Below are positions 9,860 through 19,167 of a stretch of DNA of 55,272 nt, in pieces. The stretch lies in IMG/VR virus record IMGVR_UViG_3300009068_000048, positions 1 to 55,272 of that record. One strand, 5' to 3'. This DNA is from a virus (lineage: Duplodnaviria > Caudoviricetes). Each line of letters begins with the position of its first letter. The first letter of the stretch is position 1. The translations under genes were made by a program, and so were the position numbers. The notes below the pieces were generated by a model that had not been told where the DNA came from, searched no databases, and saw only the letters and a program-made list of their open reading frames with translations.

Positions 9860-11809
9860 ATGGATGAGTATGCGTACAATCCAAACGGCCTCCCGCCCCC
9901 GCCCCTGCCTCCGAAGGGAGATGGGGTTGGAGGACCATCCGCTTTTGATCCAAGCATATCAACCCTTCCGCCTCCGGGGGATGGGTCAAGATTTAATGAG
10001 CCAGCGCCCCAGCAAACGGAGTTGGAAAAGTACAGGGCCGGGATAGACGCCCTACCTTTTGAAAAACGTGCTGCCCTGTTAAGGGAAACAAACCAGCGCG
10101 CAGCAAAAATAAAAGCAGAGCTTGAACAAGAGTATAATCCCAAGCTTGGAGCTTTTGGAACATTCATAAGTAATGCGGCTGACATGGCAACTTTGGGAAC
10201 ACAACCATATTTGGCTGCTTTGATGGCAAAGCCGTTTAGTGACAAATCATATGGCGACCTTGTTACTACCGCAAAGGGCGTACAAAGGCGCAGCAACGTA
10301 GAAAGTCCAACAGCATCTATGCTCGGTACTGGGGCAGGATTTCTTGCTTCATTACCGCGCTCTGTTATTGGCTCATTACCGGGCGCTGCCTCTAGCGCGT
10401 CCAAAATCGGTCAGGGCATCCTCTCTTCTATGGGGCAGGGGGCGGCGTTCGGCCTGACACAAGGCGGAACAGGTCTTGAGGACTTTCTATCGGGAAAAAG
10501 TTACGGCTTGCCCGCACTCCAACAAGCGGGCTTGGGTGCCCTCGTAGGGGGAGCCGCGCATAAGGTCGGTGACGCCATCAGCCCTGCCGCTGTTAAGGAC
10601 GCCGCAAAATATGCGTACAACCTTGGTGTAAAGCTTCCCGCCGGAATCATGAAAGCTGGCCAAGAGGGTTACGAATATTTAGGTGATGCGGCAGCTAAAA
10701 CCGCACTTGGGGTTCGTCAGAGGTTTGACGATCTTGCTGGTGATTTAAATCCAGCATCTACAGCTAAAAATGCAATCGATGACTTTGTGGCATACACAAA
10801 TTATGTGCCTCCCCAATTGTCCGACACCATGAAATTTTTCTCTAAAACGCTTTCAGAGGCTCCAGAAACGGCTATGGATGCCGTCCTTAATGCTGGACCT
10901 AAGGCTCTGCGCGTTATGAAATCCACCCTTAAAGCTAATGGCGCTGACCAAACTTGGGAAAGCCTTCAAAACGGCTTTATGCAGCATCTTGCGGGACCAA
11001 AGGGGCAATTTGGTTTTGGTGATTTTTCAAAACGCTTAGGGGCTATTCCAACAGAAAGCCGTAAAATCCTTATGGATGGCTGGGATCAGGGCCAAAAAAT
11101 GCTTGGCAATGTTAGTGATCTTGCGGAAAGCACCATGCATCGCAGCGGGATAAATCTAATTGACGCCGCGACACAGGGCATTAAAATTGGAGAAAAGAAG
11201 GCTAGTAAAATAGGAAAGCGGATCGGGGACTTGGTAGCGGGATCGGGTATTGGCACTGCGGCTACCTATGCATTATTAAATGATGGCCTAAGCGCCGCAG
11301 CCCTTGCCAAGCTTGGCCTTTTAGCCCCTGTAGTAGCCGGTGGCTATGGAACCAAAAAGGCCGTAGATGCCACAGGCAGGGCCCTCAGTAAGCGCAATGT
11401 CGCCACAAGCCCCACAGTATCCAAGGTGGTTGATAACGCCACCAAGGCTGCAACGCGCTACGTTACATCGCAAGCCGGAAATGCAATCAATGACCTTAAT
11501 GAAACCATTACAAGCTACACGCAGCCCGCAATAAAAAGCGCCTTAAAAACCTTTGGTGATGAAAAGGGTGAAACCGCAAAGTGGTGGTCCAAGAACATGC
11601 CAGCCATACTTGGTGGCAAGGCTAAAGGCGGTCGGATCGCGTACAAAAAGGGTGGCGCGGTTCACTCCAGCGTCGAGCCCTTGGTCCAAGGACTGATGAG
11701 CCGCTACAAGGCCGTCAAGCGGTCGCAGGATAGCGGTACAAAGACATTGCTGCAACAACCTGACCAAGCTATTGTAAGGGCGTTAGATGTGGCTCAGAAG
11801 GCAATTTAA
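9860..11809 (+). CDS. putative internal virion/ejection protein
   Basis: 649 aa, Ala/Gly-rich with hydrophobic segments; follows the large ejection protein; C-terminal KAKGGRIAYKKGG. Confidence 0.6.
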   Translation: MDEYAYNPNGLPPPPLPPKGDGVGGPSAFDPSISTLPPPGDGSRFNEPAPQQTELEKYRAGIDALPFEKRAALLRETNQRAAKIKAELEQEYNPKLGAFGTFISNAADMATLGTQPYLAALMAKPFSDKSYGDLVTTAKGVQRRSNVESPTASMLGTGAGFLASLPRSVIGSLPGAASSASKIGQGILSSMGQGAAFGLTQGGTGLEDFLSGKSYGLPALQQAGLGALVGGAAHKVGDAISPAAVKDAAKYAYNLGVKLPAGIMKAGQEGYEYLGDAAAKTALGVRQRFDDLAGDLNPASTAKNAIDDFVAYTNYVPPQLSDTMKFFSKTLSEAPETAMDAVLNAGPKALRVMKSTLKANGADQTWESLQNGFMQHLAGPKGQFGFGDFSKRLGAIPTESRKILMDGWDQGQKMLGNVSDLAESTMHRSGINLIDAATQGIKIGEKKASKIGKRIGDLVAGSGIGTAATYALLNDGLSAAALAKLGLLAPVVAGGYGTKKAVDATGRALSKRNVATSPTVSKVVDNATKAATRYVTSQAGNAINDLNETITSYTQPAIKSALKTFGDEKGETAKWWSKNMPAILGGKAKGGRIAYKKGGAVHSSVEPLVQGLMSRYKAVKRSQDSGTKTLLQQPDQAIVRALDVAQKAI

Positions 11810-11820
11810 GGAATTTTAAA

Positions 11821-13032
11821 ATGGTGGCAACAGCAAACAAAGACCTCGCCCTTCCGGCATATAACTCTACAAGCCCCACTTGGGATGTTCCGCTCAATGC
11901 CAACTTTAATGACATTGACGCTGCCTTTGGTGGCAAGACCATTAAGAACCCCCAATCGCAATCCGGAACTATCGTTCTAACAGCCGATGAATATACACCA
12001 CCGATCCTGATTATCGGGACAAGTTTAACGGGAACTGCAACCCTGACAAACAGCGTAACGTATCAAATTCCGTCTGCTGTTGGCGGTTTCTGGTTTGTTT
12101 ATAACAACGTTGTTAATACTGGTACAAACACTTTCACCATTTCCATATCTTCAGGTGGCGGCGGAACCAGCCTCGTCCTTCCGCAAGGTAAGAGAACGGC
12201 AATCATCTCTGACGGCACCAATATTAGCCTTGCAGATACAAATGCATCCTCCGTTGCCGCCGCCGGAAGCAACACACAGGTTCAGTTTAACAATTCTGGT
12301 CTTTTGGGCGCATCTGCAAACTTTACTTTTGCTACTTATTCAGCGACATTTACAGGGACAATCGCAGCCTCAGCAAGCACCCTTATCACTACAGGGGTAA
12401 CTGGCACAATCCGGCTTGGGATGACACTTGGAACCATTACTGGCGGCACTTTCACTGATCGGACAACGGTCACAGTTGTTGCCCAAGTATCTGGCACGAC
12501 AGGCGGTGCTGGAAGCTATACAATTAGCCAGACAAACACTGGTGGTGCTGGCGCAACTACGACATCTGCATCTTTCGTGGCCCTTGCAGCACCAAATTTT
12601 ATCGGAGGATTTTCTGGTAACGCCGCAACCGCCACAACCGCCACAACCGCCACAACCGCTACGACAGCTACCTATGCAAGCACTGTAACAGGGACCGCAC
12701 TGGCAATTGGCTATCTTCAGCTTCCCCAGAATTTGCAAACCACAGCGTACCCAGCAGTGGTTGGGGATGTTGGTAAGCATATCTACACCACAAGCAATGT
12801 CACGCTTAACCCTAGCATATTCTCTGCCGGTGATGCCTTTGTCATCGTCAACAGCAACACGGCCACAACCTCAATTACCATTATTGCGGGAACAGGTGTT
12901 GTTCTTCGGATTGCTGGGACCACAACCACCGGCACTCCGCGCACCCTTGCACCAAATGGCATGGTATCTGTTCTATGTGTGGTCGGTGGCGCTACACCCA
13001 CATTCTTGATCTCTGGTGCAGGAATTACCTAA
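11821..13032 (+). CDS. tail fibre-like virion protein
   Basis: 403 aa, Thr/Gly/Ser-rich. TWDVPLNANFNDIDAA N-terminus, GSNTQVQFNNSG module, ATT repeats, GYLQLPQN C-terminal module. Confidence 0.65.
   Translation: MVATANKDLALPAYNSTSPTWDVPLNANFNDIDAAFGGKTIKNPQSQSGTIVLTADEYTPPILIIGTSLTGTATLTNSVTYQIPSAVGGFWFVYNNVVNTGTNTFTISISSGGGGTSLVLPQGKRTAIISDGTNISLADTNASSVAAAGSNTQVQFNNSGLLGASANFTFATYSATFTGTIAASASTLITTGVTGTIRLGMTLGTITGGTFTDRTTVTVVAQVSGTTGGAGSYTISQTNTGGAGATTTSASFVALAAPNFIGGFSGNAATATTATTATTATTATYASTVTGTALAIGYLQLPQNLQTTAYPAVVGDVGKHIYTTSNVTLNPSIFSAGDAFVIVNSNTATTSITIIAGTGVVLRIAGTTTTGTPRTLAPNGMVSVLCVVGGATPTFLISGAGIT
12340..12576 (+). repeat. ~240-bp module, copy 2 (copy 1 at 1919-2158)
   Basis: Nucleotide and protein similarity to 1919-2158, read directly from the sequence. 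Confidence 0.9.
12622..12672 (+). repeat. 9-bp tandem repeat (gccacaacc) encoding (ATT)n
   Basis: gccgcaacc gccacaacc gccacaacc gccacaacc gctacgaca gctacc. Confidence 0.85.
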
Positions 13033-13472
13033 TGACCGGCATGATGTGTGCAGTGATGGGTGGGGCTGTAGACGGCTCATATATTGTCAATGTCGGCAAA
13101 AGTGAGATTAACAGTATAGTTTTTATAAACGATTATGGGTTTCTGACGAGCAGTATTCAAGGCACTCCCGGCTCCATAACCCCAATAGGAGCGACTTTTA
13201 AAGGTGTGACAATCGTAGCCGTGTACTCAAGGGGTACAAGTATCGGCAACGCAAGTACTTATACTGTTTCTTTTCAAGGTGACAGAAGAGCACCTGCCGG
13301 GTTCTTTAATACACTAAAAGTGGACGGCACGACCGTTGTTGGCAACTTACAATCCCCAGTTTACAATAGTGGTAGTAACCAGACGAGCTTTACAATAAAC
13401 CTGACAACATCCCCTGTAGCTACACTATTCGGGACAGTAGTCGATGCCACAAAACCAATTGTAATGACTTAA
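13032..13472 (+). CDS. small tail-associated protein (possible fibre tip/adhesin)
   Basis: ATG overlaps the upstream TAA; MTGMMCAVMGG start; beta-rich; follows the fibre gene. Confidence 0.55.
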   Translation: MTGMMCAVMGGAVDGSYIVNVGKSEINSIVFINDYGFLTSSIQGTPGSITPIGATFKGVTIVAVYSRGTSIGNASTYTVSFQGDRRAPAGFFNTLKVDGTTVVGNLQSPVYNSGSNQTSFTINLTTSPVATLFGTVVDATKPIVMT

Positions 13473-13482
13473 AGGAAGACAG

Positions 13483-13647
13483 ATGATTGATGATGAGATA
13501 AATTTGCGCTTGACCACGCACGAAGCCGTCTGCGCTGAACGCTGGCGCGAAACCATACTGCGTATCAAGCGCCTTGAAGCCGTCATGATCGGTAGTGCGG
13601 GCTTCACAATCGCATTGCTTTCAGCAATTGCATTTAGGATGAATTAA
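13483..13647 (+). CDS. 54-aa membrane protein (HEAVCAER type, holin/XhlA-like)
   Basis: Not in the ORF track. AAGGA RBS, then MIDDEINLRLTTHEAVCAERWRETILRIKRLEAVMIGSAGFTIALLSAIAFRMN: coiled coil plus one C-terminal TM, at the start of the lysis cassette. Confidence 0.7.
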   Translation: MIDDEINLRLTTHEAVCAERWRETILRIKRLEAVMIGSAGFTIALLSAIAFRMN

Positions 13648-13648
13648 C

Positions 13649-14116
13649 ATGAGCTTCTGGGATGGATTTTCTGCCAACCGCCCTGCGCCTTTGGATACAG
13701 TTGAATGGATTTTGCGCGTTACGGTATTGACGCTGGCTATGCTTATGGTGGCTGTTGTCGGTGCGCTAATGTTTGGCCTGTTTAATGATAGTGTCGATAA
13801 CGACAAAATCTTTGAGTTGGTTGGCCCTGCGTTCAATACCATTGTCGGTGCTTTTGTTGGCCTGCTGGGCGGTCTAAGTCTTAATAACGTAGGTATCAAA
13901 CCTAAAACCCCATTGGAACCCGAAGAGCCAGCACCGGAACCAGAAGCACCCAAGGCCTACGATGACCCAAATGGTACAGTCTTTATTGAAACTCCTGAAG
14001 AGGACGATGATATGGAGCCGTGGGAGAAGTACCGCAACGACCTGCGCTATGATGTAAACGACGATGGTGTGGTTGATGCAGATGACTTCCCTGACTGGCG
14101 GAGTGCCGGACAATGA
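13649..14116 (+). CDS. putative holin-like two-TM protein with acidic EF-hand-like tail
   Basis: Two hydrophobic helices; overlaps the endolysin start (ATGA); C-terminal DVNDDGVVDADD. Confidence 0.55.
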   Translation: MSFWDGFSANRPAPLDTVEWILRVTVLTLAMLMVAVVGALMFGLFNDSVDNDKIFELVGPAFNTIVGAFVGLLGGLSLNNVGIKPKTPLEPEEPAPEPEAPKAYDDPNGTVFIETPEEDDDMEPWEKYRNDLRYDVNDDGVVDADDFPDWRSAGQ

Positions 14117-14724
14117 GCCTTATAAACCTTCAACAGAAAATAGGAGTAACGGCAGATGGTGCATTCGGTCCGGGAACATATAAGAAAGCTGCGGCTTTTT
14201 ATAAATTATCGCCTAATCGTGCAGCGCATTTCTTTGCTCAAACAGCGCATGAATCTGGCGGATTCAAAGCCTTTAGCGAAAACCTTAACTACGGGGCCAA
14301 AGGGCTTCGCGGCATCTTTGGTAAGTATTTCCCAACTGAAGCAATGGCTAGAGCGTATGAACGTCAACCGCAAAAAATAGCTAATCGTGTCTATGCCAAC
14401 CGCATGGGCAACGGCCCTGAAGGAAGCGGAGATGGATGGGAATATCGTGGCCGTGGCGCGCTTCAGCTTACGGGCAAGGACAATTACCAAGCCTTTGCCA
14501 ACTACATTAGTCGGCCAGATGTCATGACTAATCCGGATCTGGTTGCTGGTGAACTCTGCTTTGAAAGCGCCCTTTGGTTCTTTGACCGCAACAAGCTATG
14601 GTCGATCTGCGATCAAGGCACGGGTGAAGACGCTATCCTCGCGCTCACAAAACGTATCAACGGGGGCACACACGGCCTCGATGACCGCAGGCTCAAGACG
14701 AAGAAGTATGCAGAATGGCTTTAA
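14113..14724 (+). CDS. endolysin, glycoside hydrolase family 19, with short peptidoglycan-binding N-terminus
   Basis: LQQKIGVTADGAFGPGT; AHFFAQTAHESGGF..FSENLNY; GDGWEYRGRGALQLTGKDNY; TKRINGGTHGLDDR. Confidence 0.92.
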   Translation: MSLINLQQKIGVTADGAFGPGTYKKAAAFYKLSPNRAAHFFAQTAHESGGFKAFSENLNYGAKGLRGIFGKYFPTEAMARAYERQPQKIANRVYANRMGNGPEGSGDGWEYRGRGALQLTGKDNYQAFANYISRPDVMTNPDLVAGELCFESALWFFDRNKLWSICDQGTGEDAILALTKRINGGTHGLDDRRLKTKKYAEWL

Positions 14725-15119
14725 TCAACCCAGTAATGATATATGGATTGGCAGGCGCTTTGGTCATTGGTGTAGCCTCTGGCTACAAGGTCCGCGATTG
14801 GCAGTGCGATGCGGCATATGCAAAGGCTCTAGAAAAAGCTGAAAAGCTGCGGGTCAAAAAACAGGAGATAGTCGATGATATTTCGCAAACCTACGAAACC
14901 CAACGAGATCAAGCCAATGGGGTGGCAGCAGAGCGCACCTATACCATACGCGAAATATACAAAACAACTCCTGCTGTTTCTCCTGATTGCACTGCTCCTG
15001 ACGCTGTGCGCCGGTTGCTCGAAAGCAGTATCCGTGACGCCAATGCCGCTTCCTCCGGCAAACCTAGCGTCGAATTGCCCGACTCTCCAAGATCCTCCAT
15101 TGGCGCTAATCGACCCTGA
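14715..15119 (+). CDS. Rz-like inner-membrane spanin
   Basis: N-terminal TM followed by a coiled coil; immediately after the endolysin. Confidence 0.7.
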   Translation: MALINPVMIYGLAGALVIGVASGYKVRDWQCDAAYAKALEKAEKLRVKKQEIVDDISQTYETQRDQANGVAAERTYTIREIYKTTPAVSPDCTAPDAVRRLLESSIRDANAASSGKPSVELPDSPRSSIGANRP

Positions 15120-15222
15120 GCGTGCGCTTTGGGAGACTGACATAATTACGAAATATGCGGATTGTAGTACAAAGCACCGATTAGCTATTGAAGCGTGGGA
15201 AAAATCAGCCCGTTTGAAATAA
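14917..15222 (+). CDS. Rz1-like outer-membrane lipoprotein spanin (overlaps Rz in another frame; start uncertain)
   Basis: Hydrophobic signal with lipobox LCAG-C, then Pro-rich MPLPPANLASNCP; overlapping arrangement with Rz. Confidence 0.7.
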   Translation: MGWQQSAPIPYAKYTKQLLLFLLIALLLTLCAGCSKAVSVTPMPLPPANLASNCPTLQDPPLALIDPERALWETDIITKYADCSTKHRLAIEAWEKSARLK

Positions 15223-15239
15223 TTTCAAAGGAAATTTTA

Positions 15240-16214
15240 ATGGCAGCGCCTATTTTCACGGACGATGAGTTTATTCGCGCATGGGCCTCTGCTGGCGGAA
15301 GCCCCAAAAATGTAGCCCTAATGCTTCAATGCCGTGAGCGATTGGTTTATCAAAAGCGCAAAGACCTCGCTGATCGCGGAATAATATTAAAAAGCGTTCC
15401 AACCGTAGGCCCACCAAAATGGAATGCAGATGACGTAGGTCGTGCATACAAGCGTCAAATAGATCTTGAAATTGACACTGGATGCGCGATTGCCTTTTCG
15501 GACGCGCATTGGTGGCCAAATCAGGAGCGCACAGTTGCCAACGAGGCACTGCTCATTTTAACCAAAGCACTGAAACCTCGCGTCATGTTTGCCAATGGTG
15601 ATCTATTTGATGGCGCTGGGGTTAGCCGCCATGCGCCTTTAGGCTGGGCAGAACTGCCAACCGTCAAGGAGGAACTTGAGGCCTGTCAGGACCGCCTAAG
15701 CGAGATTGAAGAAGTGCTGCCAAAGGGTTGCGCCAAGATCTGGAACGTAGGCAACCATGACGCCCGTTTTGATAAATCCCTTTGCGCTAACGCAAGGGAA
15801 TTTGAAGGCGTTGTGAGCCGCCTAGATGATAAGTTTGACCGCTGGGACTTTACATGGTCCACAATGATTAATGAAAATGTGATGGTCAAGCATCGCTACC
15901 ACAACGGCATTCACGCAACGTACAACAACACGTTAAAGTCTGGGCGCTCTATTGTCACTGGACATCTCCACCGCCTCGCTGTGACGCCTTGGTCGGATTA
16001 TAATGGCCGTAGATATGGTGTTGACACCGGAACACTAGCAAACCCGCACGGGCCGCAATTTGATTACGCAGAAAACAACTCATCACCGCATACCTCAGGG
16101 TTTGCGGTTTTGTCGTTTAAAGACGGCGTATTTTTGCCGCCGGAACTGGTTGAGGTTATTAACGAAAAAGCATATTTTCGTGGCGAGTGCGTGTATGACG
16201 GATCTAAAGATTAA
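15240..16214 (+). CDS. calcineurin-like metallophosphoesterase
   Basis: FSDAH, NGDLFD, GNHD, KH, TGHLH motifs; AAGGA RBS before ATG 15240. Confidence 0.85.
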   Translation: MAAPIFTDDEFIRAWASAGGSPKNVALMLQCRERLVYQKRKDLADRGIILKSVPTVGPPKWNADDVGRAYKRQIDLEIDTGCAIAFSDAHWWPNQERTVANEALLILTKALKPRVMFANGDLFDGAGVSRHAPLGWAELPTVKEELEACQDRLSEIEEVLPKGCAKIWNVGNHDARFDKSLCANAREFEGVVSRLDDKFDRWDFTWSTMINENVMVKHRYHNGIHATYNNTLKSGRSIVTGHLHRLAVTPWSDYNGRRYGVDTGTLANPHGPQFDYAENNSSPHTSGFAVLSFKDGVFLPPELVEVINEKAYFRGECVYDGSKD

Positions 16215-16548
16215 TAGCCCTATTTAAATACCAGATTGCCTTTTTTAGGCTTTCTTTCTGGCCCTTGTGGCGCTCACGCCAAATGTATTTTAAGGCATTG
16301 CCCTTACAATATCCGTGAAACTCTTCAGGCGCTAGAGCGGCCTGAATGCCATCAATTGTCTCAATGCTACCCTGCGTATAATGGTCAGGGTGGTTAACCA
16401 TATCCCGCTCTTCCTCGTTCATCTTTGTGACCATCTCTTTTACGCTCATGCCCTTATATTCAGGGTTTGGGAAAAAGACGTGTTCATCAATACAAAACGG
16501 GCATGGCTCATATGATGGGAAATTATGATTGCAGGGCTTTTTATTCAT
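16204..16548 (-). CDS. DUF3310 / T7 gp1.7-like (nucleotide kinase-like) protein
   Basis: VNHPDHYTQGSIETID...GYCKGNALKYIWRERHKG...LKKAIWYL signature. Confidence 0.8.
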   Translation of the reverse strand: MNKKPCNHNFPSYEPCPFCIDEHVFFPNPEYKGMSVKEMVTKMNEEERDMVNHPDHYTQGSIETIDGIQAALAPEEFHGYCKGNALKYIWRERHKGQKESLKKAIWYLNRAINL

Positions 16549-16796
16549 GGCGTAAAAACCTTAACCTTACCAATATGCATACAGTTTAGGCTAACCTCAC
16601 CCTTTTGAAAGTAATCAGGGTTCGCTACCTTTGTCCTGTTGCCATCATCTTTGTAAATTTCGCTGATGATAATGAAGTCTGAATTACCGATTTCTTCGAC
16701 CAATTCTTCCAAAGATCTTGCTGGGTGGTCACCGATAATTTGATGAATAGGGTGCCCCCCAAAGCTTGGCATGTGCATCGTAAAAAGAAACCGCAT
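16545..16796 (-). CDS. hypothetical protein
   Basis: 83-aa ORF with GGAG RBS, coupled to the downstream gene. Confidence 0.65.
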   Translation of the reverse strand: MRFLFTMHMPSFGGHPIHQIIGDHPARSLEELVEEIGNSDFIIISEIYKDDGNRTKVANPDYFQKGEVSLNCMHIGKVKVFTP

Positions 16797-16807
16797 AATA
16801 AATCTCC

Positions 16808-16836
16808 AAAAAGAAGCGGGGCCTCAGCCCCGCCTC
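16808..16836 (-). terminator. intrinsic terminator
   Basis: Minus strand GAGGCGGGGCTGAGGCCCCGCTTCTTTTT: GC stem plus U-rich tail, just after the 16848 stop. Confidence 0.7.
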
Positions 16837-16847
16837 CCCTTGGTCAC

Positions 16848-17510
16848 TTAGCCAAAATCATCGTCCTCGTCAAAGCCGGGAACGTAATCATCTGAAGGTG
16901 CGCTCACTTTTGTGCCACCAGTGGATGGCGGATAGCCAGCAGACGATGCTGCGGCGTTACGCGACTTGGGGATGTATACAAGGTCAGCAGGACGATCCAC
17001 CCAAGATACAATCTTGAAATTTGGCGAATAGTTGGTGGACTTGCGCGCACCTTCGCCAGTTGAAATCCCAATTGCTTTTCCTGCTTCCACAACAGGAAGC
17101 TTGCCCTTGTTCGCTACCACACCGGAAATGTAATCATCGTGCAAAGCGTTTAAGCCGCGCAAGAAAGACTTAGCATTTGAAGCCAATTCGCGAATGTCAC
17201 CGCCATTTTCTTTTGACAGCTTTATAAGGATACGGGCTCCCGGTTTATGATCCGGTGTAGGAGGCGGTGGGATTTGTTCCCCAATGCGGACAACCGCAAA
17301 GTCAGGCGCGCTGCCAGTGTTAAAGTTGATGGTCCCTGTTTCGATATTCTCAAAATCAAAGATTGCCTTAAACGTATTTGTAATATCGGTTTCATCATTT
17401 ATGCCGTCAACACGATCACGGCGCGATATGCGCCCAGACCTTGCATCATACTTAATGATTGGAATAATTTCGCCGTTATCGGCGCTTGCGAAGTTAAAAC
17501 CTAGTGCCAT
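16848..17510 (-). CDS. putative ssDNA-binding / annealing protein
   Basis: Start MALGFNF at 17510; YSPNFKIVSWVDRP motif; acidic aromatic tail FDEDDDFG; adjacent to an exonuclease. Confidence 0.55.
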   Translation of the reverse strand: MALGFNFASADNGEIIPIIKYDARSGRISRRDRVDGINDETDITNTFKAIFDFENIETGTINFNTGSAPDFAVVRIGEQIPPPPTPDHKPGARILIKLSKENGGDIRELASNAKSFLRGLNALHDDYISGVVANKGKLPVVEAGKAIGISTGEGARKSTNYSPNFKIVSWVDRPADLVYIPKSRNAAASSAGYPPSTGGTKVSAPSDDYVPGFDEDDDFG

Positions 17511-17581
17511 TTTCATTTTACCTTTTACCATTTTGCAGCCATTTGGCCGACTGCATGCCTTACCGCTTATGCGGAAACTTG

Positions 17582-18334
17582 TTACAGACCCCACGTCTCA
17601 AACACGGCTTGGCGTGTCAAGGGGTCATTGAAATAGAAGCTGTCCACGTCAGGGACCACAAAAGAGCAAAGCTCCAAAGGATCGTCGCTGAGGGACAGGA
17701 AGCGTTGGATTGTCAAAGCCACAGTCTCAAGAGCCTTGAGGTGTTCGCGATAATTCTCAAGTTCATATGTCGCCGTCTTCTTTGGCGTCACATAGCTTAT
17801 GCGCGCAGACAAGTTGTCGCCACGCGCAGCCTTGTACAGGGAAACCTGCCGTGCGTGTGGCTGCTTGATCTTGCTTGGAAGCTGGTGCGATGTCTTTAAG
17901 TCGATCAGGATGCCCTTATGCTCCCACTCAAAGTCATAATAGCCAATCAGCGGTACGCTGAGGCCTTCTACCTCAACTGAAATGTGACCCTGAGTGGACG
18001 ATGGGATGCCATATGGCCGCAACTCTGCAAGGCCCATACGCACAAAGTCGCCAATCGAATTGCGCTCTTTATCGACGCTGCCGTCAAAGATCAGGGCTGT
18101 CAGTGCGTTGTACTCATCCTTAGCAACGGCAATGCATTCATCGACGCTTGCATCAGGGTTAATAAGGCCAAACACCACACCAGATTCGGCAGACGTTCCA
18201 CGGTGCGCCGCAGGCCCTACAGGGGAATTTTTCTTCATGCACTTTTGCAAAATGAAAGCCGCTGGAGCAGCCGTGAAGGTATTACACGACGATGGCGACA
18301 GGTGCGCGATGTCGTACTTTTCAAAGGGGGTCAT
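17582..18334 (-). CDS. PD-(D/E)XK exonuclease (RecB/Cas4-like family)
   Basis: HLSPSS, AHRGT, LIGYYDF, LIDLKTS, RQVSLY motifs. Confidence 0.85.
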   Translation of the reverse strand: MTPFEKYDIAHLSPSSCNTFTAAPAAFILQKCMKKNSPVGPAAHRGTSAESGVVFGLINPDASVDECIAVAKDEYNALTALIFDGSVDKERNSIGDFVRMGLAELRPYGIPSSTQGHISVEVEGLSVPLIGYYDFEWEHKGILIDLKTSHQLPSKIKQPHARQVSLYKAARGDNLSARISYVTPKKTATYELENYREHLKALETVALTIQRFLSLSDDPLELCSFVVPDVDSFYFNDPLTRQAVFETWGL

Positions 18335-18497
18335 AAAGTTCCTGACGTTTCGTATGGGCTATATACTCTATCAACAGGAAACCTTTGTCAAGCACAATGA
18401 GGGTAAAAAAGTTGTTGCTATTTTAAAATTGTTATGAGATTTAATAAGTGCGCCAAACGGTGCTTACGATAATATATTAATTTAAGGTATTTTATTT

Positions 18498-18758
18498 ATG
18501 TTCGACATTATAAAAAATGCAGAGCTTCCAAAGTCAAAGTTGCGCTTTGTTTATCCAGTAGATCTTTTGAGTGTGGGTGACGGTTTTGATGCTGTAGATA
18601 ATTTGGGTAAAAGCCCAAAAGGTCATTCTCGCCGCAAAACGGGCATCAAAAACAGCGTTGCAAAGTTTCGCAAAAATGTTGATCCAAGTGCAAAGTTTGT
18701 GGTGGGGCCAAGTCCTGTCGCCCCTGCTGATACTCTGCGTTGCGTCCGCACACGTTAA
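18498..18758 (+). CDS. small basic hypothetical protein (YP-x-x-x-L-x-x-G family)
   Basis: 86 aa; YPVDLLSVGDGF...LRCVRTR; similar layout to 21850-22110. Confidence 0.6.
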   Translation: MFDIIKNAELPKSKLRFVYPVDLLSVGDGFDAVDNLGKSPKGHSRRKTGIKNSVAKFRKNVDPSAKFVVGPSPVAPADTLRCVRTR

Positions 18759-18779
18759 TTATAGCCTTGGGAGGACAAT

Positions 18780-18977
18780 ATGGCCAAAAGCGCGATTACG
18801 CCCGTTGAGCGGGAGTGGCTCAAAATTAACACAAAGGTCCTGAAAAAGGAAAATGAACTTTCCAGCTTGAAAAACGAGTTGCGTTCTATCAAGCCGGACG
18901 TTCTTAAAGCCTTAGGGTATTATTGCGGTGTTCGTGATGAAACAGTCACGGGCCGCATTCACGCCAAAACTATGTAA
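18780..18977 (+). CDS. hypothetical protein
   Basis: GGAGG RBS; 65 aa. Confidence 0.6.
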   Translation: MAKSAITPVEREWLKINTKVLKKENELSSLKNELRSIKPDVLKALGYYCGVRDETVTGRIHAKTM

Positions 18978-18990
18978 TGATGGAGATGTT

Positions 18991-19167
18991 ATGGAAGACG
19001 AAGTTAAAGAGGCAGTTGATGCCTTTGACATGGAATTACGGGACTATTTTGCAGCAAAGGTTCTGGCTGAAGCCTGTAAAAAAACCACCAACACATGGGC
19101 AGCGGCCTGTATGTCTTATGAATATGCTGACGCAATGATTGAAGTGCGGAAAGAAAAATTTAAGTGA
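18991..19167 (+). CDS. conserved small phage protein (LRDYFAAK...Y.YADAM type)
   Basis: GGAG RBS, ATG 18991; MELRDYFAAKVL...SYEYADAMIEVR. Confidence 0.7.
   Translation: MEDEVKEAVDAFDMELRDYFAAKVLAEACKKTTNTWAAACMSYEYADAMIEVRKEKFK

Noticed and set aside
1919-12576. Diversity-generating retroelement template/variable repeat pair
   Set aside because: Mismatches are not adenine-specific, both copies are coding and internal, and no reverse transcriptase is present.
17582-18334. Cas4 as part of a CRISPR system
   Set aside because: Stand-alone PD-(D/E)XK phage exonuclease with no Fe-S cysteine cluster pattern and no cas context.
18335-18497. Specific divergent promoter hexamers
   Set aside because: The region is AT-rich and TTGACA is present on the minus strand, but -10 spacing is non-canonical (15 or 20 bp), so I cannot place them reliably.
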